Assembly: GCA_965235115.1 (NCBI GenBank)
Contig: OZ249436.1
Location: 38,132,001-38,196,000, forward strand
Source: Laetmonice hystrix
Taxonomy: Eukaryota
Length of the DNA stretch: 64,000 bases
Reading direction: 5' to 3'
Under the pieces are notes generated by a model. That model saw nothing but the letters and a program-made list of their open reading frames with translations. It did no database searches and was not told the origin of the DNA. Position 1 is the first letter of the stretch; each line of letters opens with the position of its first letter. Below are positions 1 to 24,300 of the stretch, piece by piece. The position numbers and the translations under genes are program-made.

Positions 1-1090
1 GGACGGGGGGGATTTATCCCCCCCATGATTGGGACATGGGGGGGATATCCCCCCCCCATAAATCTGCAGAGCAGTGTTTTTTTTAAGCTATTCTCGCTCT
101 GAGAGGCCAGGAAAACGCATCTCCGGAGTTCATGAAAAAAAAATTTCTGGGGGAGGGCCCCCTGTCCCCCCCATTAATTATTTTCTGGCGGAAACCCTGA
201 TGTGTATGTCAGAGCAGGGCAAGTGGAATTTTGTAGTCCACTTGTCCTGTGGCAAGTGATTAATTGGGCACCCCTGACTTGTATTGAACAATAATATCCA
301 CTGAGATTTGTGACGTTAGCAACAGCGAAATGCAAGCGCACGACAAGCTAACGCACTACAGGGATTGTGAAACGGGCATCGTTACGTAGACCTTGTCGTT
401 AATTTCTAAGTTAACGAGAAGCCAGCAGATAATGCACGACAAGGAGATGAGAAACAGGCCCCCAGGTTAACTACTGATTGTCTTTCAAGTTCCCTGCAGT
501 AGGTCTAATCAATGAGCAGTGGAGAGGGGGGGGGGGCTTAAATATTCAAGTGTATAGACGATAATAGTGTACAGTACACAATCCCAGACACCATGAAGTT
601 AATCCATAATCACCTCAATACACAGCCAGTTAGCCAGCCCAATTTGGTCACTTGTTACCACTGAATGAAAGTGGTCCCCATTGAGCAGTGAACACACCGA
701 CTAGTGCACAAAATATTAATCTCATTTTCATTGGTGGAGGCCATGAAAATCCAATGATTGTTTTCATTTTCATTGGTGGAGCAAGCTTCATCCTGTATCT
801 TACGAGCAATGTTCAAAGTTGACACTTGACAGATATGTATAGGCCTTGCCATTTAAAAATCACAGTCTGAGGGTAATATTCATCCTGTTACACTGTAATG
901 ATCAGGGATGGTCTGAGGGTAATACATCAAACAAATTTTTTTTTAGTGATTTGATTGCAACTGACCTGAAAAATCAAGAGCAATCGGCTACAAGTGTGAA
1001 GAAGAACCAACCTCTATTACTCAAACCTTTTTTTGAAGGTCTTCTGTTTTCAATTTTTTTCAGACATGATTTCACACACTTTGACACCCA

Positions 1091-1399
1091 GGGCAGGTTT
1101 ACAAAATTTAGGATTTCCCCGGGTAATGCAGTACCTGGGTCATTAGTGGTCAGCTGACAGGGCTCGAAATAACCAGGTTCGCATTGCAATTTGCAAGTCA
1201 AAATCGGCCTGTTGCGAATCGAATTAACATATTAGTCGCATTTTTTTGCAAATCAACATTATGTGCCGACTTATGATCAGTTGCATTGCAATGATTGCTA
1301 ATCAAATTTTTCAAAGTATTTCGAGCCCTGGCTGATATCTTGCACATGTACAGCTCTCACCACCGCTGACCTGGGGAAATCCTCAGTGTGAACCTGCCC
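1091..1399. mobile_element. Harbinger-like MITE (GGGCAGGTTYACA TIR) containing a nested hAT-like MITE
   Basis: gggcaggtttaca...aggatttcccc / ggggaaatcct...tgtgaacctgccc. Confidence 0.55.
1158..1330. mobile_element. hAT-like MITE with 5-bp TSD
   Basis: TIR CAGGGCTCGAAATA / TATTTCGAGCCCTG; GCTGA on both flanks. Confidence 0.75.
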
Positions 1400-2409
1400 C
1401 TAGATGACAGCCATTTCGATTTTTCATGTGTAATCTATTCCAGCAGGGAGAAAATTTTTTACCCCCCCCCCCAAAAAAAAAGAAAAATTCCCTCCGTGCC
1501 TCACATCAGATTATATCCAAACAAATTATTAGGAACAAACAATTTTTTTAAGGCCGGCCGCATTAAGAGCTGTGCCTAGGTCTCGCTTGTACCCAAACAA
1601 TCTTGAACTCACACCCAAACTTGCCTGCACCGGCAGTGGCAGATGGCGGATGCATGGGCCTCGATAAATCTGGAACCCGGACAACCATAATTTCCATCGG
1701 GCTACCAGAAAAAATAAAAATTGGATTACCGAATATATCCGAAAGATAGTAACTAAGCATTTAGTCAAAAATATATATTTTTTAAATCGATGATACTTCC
1801 TTACAGGTCTAGAATAGTTAGAAATATTTTTAATGGGACCTGTACTGAGTATTATTATAAGTTACCTTAACTACAGGTGATTCAAAATAATGGGTTAAAA
1901 ATTGCATTTGGACAAGGATAGGTCTTATAATACTATTCAATTACATAAGGAAGCTCGTCTACTCCTGGGTAAGTATAGACGGTTAATGATGAGCCGCAAA
2001 AAATAACTTTTTCACAGATTCAGAAAAATACTGCAAGAATTGATAGATATTTATACAAGATCTCATGCTATATTACTACAAGTGCCTAGACCAAGAAGTG
2101 AGCTTTTTAAAAAATGTAATATTTAGTTACAATGGACCTGCATTATATGTACGCCAACCCGGCGCAGGCCCTGCAGGCTGCAGTCACCCAGCAACACACA
2201 CGTGGCCTACCAGATCTGGGAGACATTTAAAAAGCCAAAAAACGTGTCGGATAAGTTTCCACCACACTCGCCACCTCCAGTAATTTTTTCAGGTTATTTT
2301 TTCAGCCACTGCACTCCCAGTTCGAGGTAGTATGCTGGCCATCTCTGAATACCGAAGCCATAATTTCAAGTACTCCTGAGTTTGATTCACGTGAGCAGTG
2401 GCAATTTTA

Positions 2410-2748
2410 CAGTGCTTGCCATCTGAAATTTGCAGGAGAGCGTTTCATCGCTCTCGCACTTTATTGTACAGGAGCTATTAGCTCTCCTAGAAAATGGAAA
2501 CAGTCACTTCAATCTGAAATGGTATGAGCTCAGCAAAACTAGTACAGGTGGAGGCCTAGCAACTGGCACCGCTGCATTTACTTTATCTATGCATTTTTGA
2601 TGCTCATAAATGACTCAGACTGAAACTTAAAAGTCGTCTGCGGGAAGGAATTGTGCTTGTCTGTTGTTAACGTTCTTTTGGCCGGCGGGAGCAATGGATA
2701 GCGCTCGTAAATCTGATTTTACGGGAGCGTGTCAAACGGCAAGCACTG
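2410..2748. mobile_element. hAT-like MITE with 6-bp TSD
   Basis: TIR CAGTGCTTGCC / GGCAAGCACTG; ATTTTA on both flanks. Confidence 0.75.
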
Positions 2749-3279
2749 ATTTTACCACATCTGTTTGTAAAAGTATTTCAATGAAACGGAAAAGGAAAGC
2801 AGTGGTTCAGATTTGAGGCGCGCGATCGCGCTAGCGCTCTATCACGCACCTAAATGCTGCATGAGGAGAGTTATTTTTAGCACGCCTGGAACATAAAAAT
2901 CAACGCCAGAGTCCAGCTGAAAAGAGACCTATGGCCTACACGTTGACTGGCACCACACAGGAAATTCTCACTTGACGGTTGACTCAACTCAAGGCTTGAG
3001 TAAAATATACACCCGCTACACATGTTTTTGTTGACTTATTCATTTAGTATTAACACGCATCAGGTGGCCCTATCAGATTGTCATTAGTTGCGCCCACTTA
3101 CGCGCCTAAGGTCAACCAATGAAAATAGTTAAGTTGTTAACGAGACTAGGCCTAGGCCTTGTCGGAGCTGACACGTGTCATTCAGACTAATTCAGTGACA
3201 ATTCAAGTTCATTTTAAGACAGTCTGAATAGCTCTCCTAGAAGATTCACAAAAAGTGATTTTTTTACTCTCCGAATGCT

Positions 3280-4476
3280 CAAGGAGTGCTCAACGATCTC
3301 ATAGATCTCCCAATAATCTCTCAGTGATCTTTCAATAAGCGCTAAATTTCCAACCCGAAGACCATAGAGATGGCTGAGAGACTAGTGAAGGATCACTGAG
3401 CGTTCAATGAAAGACCAATAGAGTTCATTGAAAGACCTTGGCAGAGATCATTGTGTGATCAATTTCCGCTTGAGAGCTTGTTGAGCGTTCATTGAGAGAT
3501 TGGGGAGACATTGCCGCAGTGATGGGAAGCGTGGCATTGGGGGCTATACATACGGGTGCTAACCCCCCTATTTTCCCTGTCGCCCAAGAAACGCTCAACA
3601 ACCTCCTTGGTCGCCCAAGGAACTCTCAATGATCCCTCAGCGATCTTTCCTGGTCCAGTGCTGCAAATGGACAGTTGCCCACTCGCCCGAGGCGACCAAG
3701 TCTTTGAGTGGTCGACAAAAACGTCTGTGACACTCGCCCACTTTGGCGACCGGGTTCAAGGACCTGGGCCGAGAGGTGGAGGGGCACAGGTTTAAAACAT
3801 GCTGGAAGGTACCAATCTACCGGTACTTTTAAAGATGGCAAAAGATGGGATTCAGTTGGAGTCCTGAGGGGAGGAGGCGGGGGCAGGGGTCTTTTGGAGG
3901 TCAGTTACATTGAAAAGTAACAAGGATTTATAATTTAAAAAATGGTCTCTTTCGTACTCTCTTTCGTCATTAGGTGGCCGTGGGCCACCAAAATTTCAGG
4001 TGGACCACTAAGTATCTGGACTTACTGGTTCAGTCTGACCTCCAAGTTAGTGGAACCTATTTGCAGCACTGCTGGTCTCTCAGTGATCTCCGTAGATCTC
4101 TCAGTGGTCTTTCTTGGTCGTACTTTATCTCTCAGCGAACTCGGTAGATCTCTCAGTGATCTCAATTTGTCGCACAATGAGCGCTCAGCAAACTCTCAAT
4201 GGTTGCTGCAGGAGGCTTAGTCTCCATTGATCTCTCCAGGATCTTTCAATGAGCGCTCAATGATCGCCAAGGTCGCTCAAAGATCTCTATAGATCGCCTT
4301 TATAGTTGGTGAAAATTGCATTTTTGATCGCACAACGAGCGCACTAGGATCTCCCAAACATTTACACAGAAACAGCTTTTTCGAGGCTTTTGGAGATCGT
4401 TGAGCGATCAGGCCAATTTTTGATCGCTCAATGGTCACCCAATGATCTCTGAGACTGTGTGTGTAAAGGGGCCCTT
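3280..4476. mobile_element. Probable Harbinger-like non-autonomous element (one end recognised)
   Basis: Dense GATCTC/GAGCGCTC/TCAATG motif repeats ending in gtgtgtaaaggggccctt-aa; the matching left TIR was not found. Confidence 0.35.
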
Positions 4477-5305
4477 AAGTGAGAAATAAGAAGCCTGGGG
4501 CACAGTCTTCCTAGATATTTTTAACAAATCGTACGCCTTCAGATACATTATTGAGAGTAAGTCCATATGGTTGTAAACTGTAAGCACGGAGGGAAAACTG
4601 GAGTACTTCTGATTTGCTGCTTCCTCAGGTGCTGGAAGCATCCGGTGTTGGACAGAGAGCGACGGCATGCATATCAAGAAGAGACCAGATGTAGGACTGA
4701 AGATAAACTTTAGTTATTCATCATCCTTTGATGTTATAACAAAGTTGATCTATCTTAGCAACTGCTCTATTTATTCAAGTTACCCGCTAAGCTAAATGAA
4801 TTTTTGGTTGTCCCGGGTGGACCATCGTTCATTTTTGTGGACCTTGGCTTTATGTTATAGGTTCGTTTGTTTTCACGGATGATTTAATCTAGGTTTCTAC
4901 CTCGAAGAAGTAACGTTTTAGAACAGTGAACCATGCAATATTCTCTGCAGGAAATTTCTTTAAAAGAAGTACATGGCACGTTTAATTTTAGGCCAGCAGG
5001 AATATATCCAAATGCAGTAATGCACAGTGTACACCATAATAATTCTTCAGTCATATCAAAGCATAAATAAATTATCCAAAAGGGTGAATATTCAACGTCA
5101 AAACTTGTCTAGTTGGAGGTGAATGTAATGGTTCTGCTAAGAATAGATTATAGAAATCTTGGGGGAATCGCTCCAGAGCTTTTTCTGTTTTTCCCTTTCG
5201 ACACTTTTCTGCCCCTTGATTTTTGCATGATGTTTTTACATGGTACGTAAACAATCATTACTGAGTGAACGGTAACATAATGTTGTGGCTTGATTTCCAT
5301 TTCAG

Positions 5306-18919
<13,614 letters not shown>

Positions 18920-19561
18920 TGCTGCCTCCTTCTCAAAGAAGTTAAATGTTATCTGCCAGCCCTAACTTATGTGTGTCATCGGCGAGGAAGCAATCGTCAG
19001 TCGCCCGAAGGGCCCTTTCATCATTTCAACTGTTCGTCGCATCAAAAGCATCATACATGTTTTACTACTGGCTCATATTTTACACAAACGTTTGCTATGA
19101 ATTTTACAGACAAAATGAACAGCAACATACCGAATGTTTATGTAAAGTATGAGAGTTTGTCTTTCTCGGAATGGATGATGAAGGAAGTGAAGTGAATAAG
19201 TTAGTGACCATTTTCCATCTCCCCAATAGTGCATCAGTACAGTACATTACCTACCTGTGGAAAGTAGGCAGATCGTCCAATGGATGGTTCAAACTACATA
19301 CCAGTGCTCTTTTCAGGAGGCAATTCCAGACGATTTGCTGGTCTGGAGGCTGGAAACCACGGACAAACCCTTTTGGTTTTAGTCTTATACATACTGTATA
19401 CACTGTGGTTATTTTTGTACAGCACGAAGGCGATCTCGGTCGTGTGGAGCCCTGCGCGGCCCTAGCGCTGGTGTCGATTATCACCGCTAGGGGCCACTGT
19501 ACATAGAGGGCGCAGACACATGCGCGGTGATCATTGGAGAAAAAAATGCTGAAAAATCACA

Positions 19562-19567
19562 AATAAA
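19562..19567 (+). terminator. Probable CNOT3 polyadenylation signal
   Basis: AATAAA ~640 nt after the stop codon, followed by a GT/T-rich downstream tract (gttatgtgtatttctttttc). Confidence 0.6.
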
Positions 19568-21328
19568 AAGAAATTTGTCTGTCAATCGAGTTATGTGTAT
19601 TTCTTTTTCTCTGAGTGTATTTTCGTGTTAACTGTTATTTCGAAGTCCGGGTATATCAGCGAAATTTTGCTTATTGGAGGCCTTTTCACCCAAAAATAGT
19701 GACTGGCGAGGCAAGAGCCTCTGTGCAGCTATGGTATGAATCAAATAGCTAACGCACCGGTATGGCTGAATTGCCTGTAGAGAAGAGGCATAGTCCAGCC
19801 GTCAGGGGTATCTTACACGTACCCCATCAGTGGCGAATTCAGGGGATGGGGGGTTGCAGGGGTAAAAAAAGTAGGCACACCAAAACACTTCATAAAGAAA
19901 CTACTCAATTGCTTTGATTTTTTTTGACAACAGCACTCTAGCGGAAGTTACAGACCAGAGGACTACGGTAAATCCAATGGATGGAATGCCCTGGCGGCAC
20001 ACTGAAGTACTATTGCTGAATAGGGGCGGGCCAGTTCATATATTTTTATTATTCATTTCAAAAATCCCTCCGTATGAATTCTTTATTTACATATGGTGAT
20101 AACCTTTATTCGCAGGCAACCATGTACTGAGCAAGCTTTACCAAAAATTAAAGATCTGGCGAAATATGCCTAAAACGAGGTGCCTACCGAGAAAAATGAC
20201 TAGCCCCCTAAATGAAAAATGCCAGTATCAGCATAGACGGGTTGCCTTCTACTAAATATACATTTATAAATTGGGTGCGCTCTGCCAATATCTGCTCAAA
20301 CGGGGTACCTACCCAGTAATATGGCTATTTTCCGTGCTTCTTGACAATCTGTGCCTAAACGGGGAGCCTACTCCCAAATATGCCCGACTAGTGGGATTTC
20401 TGAAAAATGTGAATATTAGGGGCATTTTTGAGTAAAGGTTTGATCGTCCATCTGTTGCTGACGTGCACATATTGCTGTGCATCGCAAAGGCGGATCCAGA
20501 GGGGGGCACAGGGGGCACGTGCCCCCCCCCTTTAGCTTCACTAATTAGGGCTATACACGGCTATAACCTACTTATTTTAAACGAGGTGTTACCTAGAAAT
20601 AGGCCGGTGTGAGTGCTCTCTGCCATCAGCTGCCAAGACAGGTTGCCTACCCCGAAACCTGCGTAAAGTGAGTTTTTGGCCGTTATCTGCCTAGATGCGT
20701 TGTGCCTACCTAGAAATATGATTACTCTCTGCCAGTATTATGCTTAGACAAGAGTCTTCAGGGAGCTAAAGGCCTCCGCGCTAATACGAATGGAATGGTG
20801 CCGACCTTTATGAGGTTGATTGTGAGTTCAAAGGCAGGTTATGTAACCGACATCCTCGTTATGTTAGCATGGGCCTGGGCCTATGTACTTGGGACATCAG
20901 TGTCTCCTTTGCGCTTGAGCAGTTCGGACAATTTTGTGGAGCCTACATGTGCGTTTGCCGGGTTGGGGCGGAATCAGACAGCTTCTCCTGACTGGCTATA
21001 GGCGCATCAGGACGAAGCCAAGATGTGTTTAACAGTACATGTACCTAGATGCGACGAGTGGTTGAGCAGCAGGGGAAAGTTCTCCCAGCACCCGAGATTC
21101 AGGCGCGGAGCAGAAGTAGTACTGTGGCCGAAAAGTAGGCCCTATACCTACAAACATTCTCAGCTGGAAGACTTCGATCCTCGGGTCACATGTGTTGCTA
21201 AACTAAACTCGGGTCACAGATTTCACTACTCGGGTCAGATGTTGCTTCTCGGCCGCCGATTTCGAATCTCGGCTCGCCAATTTCGCTTCTCTGGTCAAAT
21301 GTTGCTACTCAGGTCGTCGATTTCGATC

Positions 21329-24300
21329 GCTCTCAAAGTGGGGTAGGCCTAATTGAATAATGAAGAATAGTCTCCTAACGCAAACTGATTCAGATGACGA
21401 ATGTTGTTTATGAATAGGCCTAATTTAGATGGAAAATAAAAATTGTAAACTAGTAAATAAAGAAAAAAAGATTACCACAAGGAGACGGCCTTCAGTGCAC
21501 AAGGCTAGGTGGCGCTGTGGTCACCGTAAGTAATCCAAGGTATTGCTGATGACAGAAGTTCGTAAACATATTATGTTGTTTTATCATAACGAAGAAAAAG
21601 AAAAGTTCCTTCTTCGAAATCAGCATTTATTGTGAAAAATAGCAAGCTTGGATACCTTATCTTAGACCTAATTTAAGGGCATTATCCTTTCAGTATTCCC
21701 AAATGAAAAAATGAAATCTTCGTAGATGAAAATACACCATTCTTGATGAGTTAGGTACTTGAACCACTCGACACTTCCCCTCTTCAGTAAATCAGAGAAC
21801 TCACGTTTCTCCTCATTCCACGTATAAATCTTTCGCCTTTTACTAAAGATTTCCGTGGGGAGGAACATTGCAATGAGTCTATAGACGAATTTTTGCATCC
21901 CTGCTCTCAGAGCGGGGTAATTAAAAAAGGAAGAATAGTCTCCTAACGCAAACTGATTCAGACGACGAATGTTGTTTGTAAATAGGCCTAAATAAGATGG
22001 AAAAATAAAAATTGTAAAATAGTAAATGAAGAAATTAAGGTTACCGCAAGGAAATATATTCCAGTGGTTTCAGAATTATTTTAGGAACATCTCCTCAAAG
22101 AGTGGGGAATTTAATGCAAAGGAACTGCATGTTCTGCCTGAAGGCGGCATTATGTACACGTTACAGGTATAAAATGTTTTCTTTTTATTATAAATGTCTA
22201 TTCTGCCTGGAAAGAAACAAATAACACAAACACGTAATGGGCCCCCGGACGGGCGCGTTGGCAACAGAGGTAGACCTACCTGCCTGTTGTCCAAAAGATT
22301 ACCTATAAATAAATTTTGCAGTTCTTGTTAAAAGGAGACTGCGCTTCAAGATACTCTATTCTTAGCATATTTTGTCATTTGATCTGGGCCATGGCACAAA
22401 TTGGGCGCTTTTGCTGTGCAATAAGTCGGCCGGGGAGCGGTTTGACGCGTTGTCGCCAGACGGCCTTCAGTGCACAAGGCTATAGGTGGCGCTGTGGTCA
22501 CCGTAAGTAAACCAAGGTATATGCTGATAACAGAAGTACATAAACATATTAGCCTATGTTGTTTTATCATAACAAAGAAAAAGAAAAGTTCCTTCTTTTA
22601 AATCAGCATTTATTGTGAAAAATAGCAAGCTTGGATACCTTATCTCAGACCTAAGGCATTTTCCAGTAAGGACCCCCCCCCCCCCCCCAAATGAAACATT
22701 CGTAGATGAAAAGACACCATTCTGGATGAGTTAGGTACTTGAACCACTCGACACTTCCCCTGTTCAGTAAATCAGAGAACTCACGTTTCTCCTCATTCCA
22801 CGTATAAATCTTTCGCCTTTTACTAAAGATTTCCGTGGGGAGGAACATTACAATGAGTCTATAGACGAATTTTTGCATCCCTGCTCTAAGAGCGGGGTAA
22901 TTGAATAATGAAGAATAGTCTCCTAACGCAAACTGATTCAGACGAAGAATGTTGTTTATGAATAGGCCTAATTGGGATGGAAAATAAAAATTGTAACTAG
23001 TAAATGAAGAAAAAAAGATTACCGCAAGGAGATACATTCCAGTGCCTTTCAGAATTATTTAAGGAACATCTCCTCAAAGGGCTGGGTATTTAAAGCGAGG
23101 GAACTGAATGTTCTGCCTGAAGGCAGCATATAGGTACACGCTACAGATATAAAATGTGTTCTTTTTATCATAAATATCTATTCTGCCTGAAAAAAACCCA
23201 CCAAACACGCAATGTGCCCCCGGACGGGCGCGGTGACGGTAGAGGTAGACCTACCTTCCCGTTGTCCTAAAGATTACCTACACACAGAAGCCTTAGAGCG
23301 TCTGTACTCTTTTCATGGTCTCGATGTATGGATCAATTTGACAAAACCAATGCGTCTAAGACAAATACATTTTGCAGTCGTTCTTCAAGACAGACTGCCC
23401 TTCAAGATGCTCTATTCTTAGCATATTTTGTCATTTGATCTGGGCCATGGCGCAAATTGGGCACTTTTGCTGTGCAATAAGTCGGCCAGGGAGCGGTTTG
23501 ACACGTTGTCGCCAGACGGCCTTCAGTGCACAAGGCTAGGTGGCGCTGTGGTCACCGTAAGTAAACCAAGGTATTGCTGATAACAGAAGTTCATAAACAT
23601 ATTATGTTGTTTTATCATAACGAAGAAAAAGAAAAGTTCCTTCTTCTAAATCAGCATTAATTTTATTCTGAAAATAGCAAGCTTGGATACCTTATCTCAG
23701 ACCTAAGGGCATTATCCTTTCAGTATTCCCAAATGAAAAAATGAAACCTTCGTAGATGAAAATACACCATTCTTGATGAGTTAGGTACTTGAACCACTCG
23801 ACACTTCCCCTCTTCAGTAAATCAGAGAACTCACGTTTCTCCTCATTCCACGTATAAATCTTTCGCCTTTTACTAAAGATTTCCGTGGGGAGGAACATTA
23901 CATTGAGTCTATAGACGAATTTTTGCATCCCTGCTCTCAGAGCGGGGTAATTAAAAAAGGAAGAATAGTCTCCTAACGCAAACTGATTCAGACGACGAAT
24001 GTTGTTTGTAAATAGGCCTAAATAAGATGGAAAAATAAAAATTGTAAAATAGTAAATGAAGAAATTAAGGTTACCGCAAGGAAATATATTCCAGTGGTTT
24101 CAGAATTATTTTAGGAACATCTCCTCAAAGAGTGGGGAATTTAATGCAAAGGAACTGCATGTTCTGCCTGAAGGCGGCATTATGTACACGTTACAGGTAT
24201 AAAATGTTTTCTTTTTATTATAAATGTCTATTCTGCCTGGAAAGAAACAAATAACACAAACACGTAATGGGCCCCCGGACGGGCGCGTTGGCAACAGAGG

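Noticed and set aside
1..5305. First CNOT3 coding exon or promoter
   Set aside because: No ATG-initiated MADKRKLQ-like micro-exon with a donor site was found; the region is MITE-rich intron
21743..21773. Hammerhead-ribozyme-like TGATGAG...CTCGACA in the satellite
   Set aside because: The core should be CTGANGA...GAAA; both boxes deviate (TTGATGA/CTGGATGA, GACA) and stem II does not form properly
23212..23421. Repeated plus-strand ORFs (MCPRTG..., MQFLLK...) as a tandem gene family; VEVDL resembling Polinton PolB
   Set aside because: The ORFs are short, disrupted in the other monomer type, and lack any further polymerase motif; their recurrence only reflects the DNA repeat
23448..23563. U1 snRNA-like motif series on the minus strand of each monomer (ACTTAC, CACTGAAGG, ATTGCAC, AATTTG)
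   Set aside because: The 5' end is ACTTACGG rather than ACTTACCTG, motif spacing does not match U1, and stems III/IV are not evident; likely chance. An Infernal search with the U1 model would settle it.
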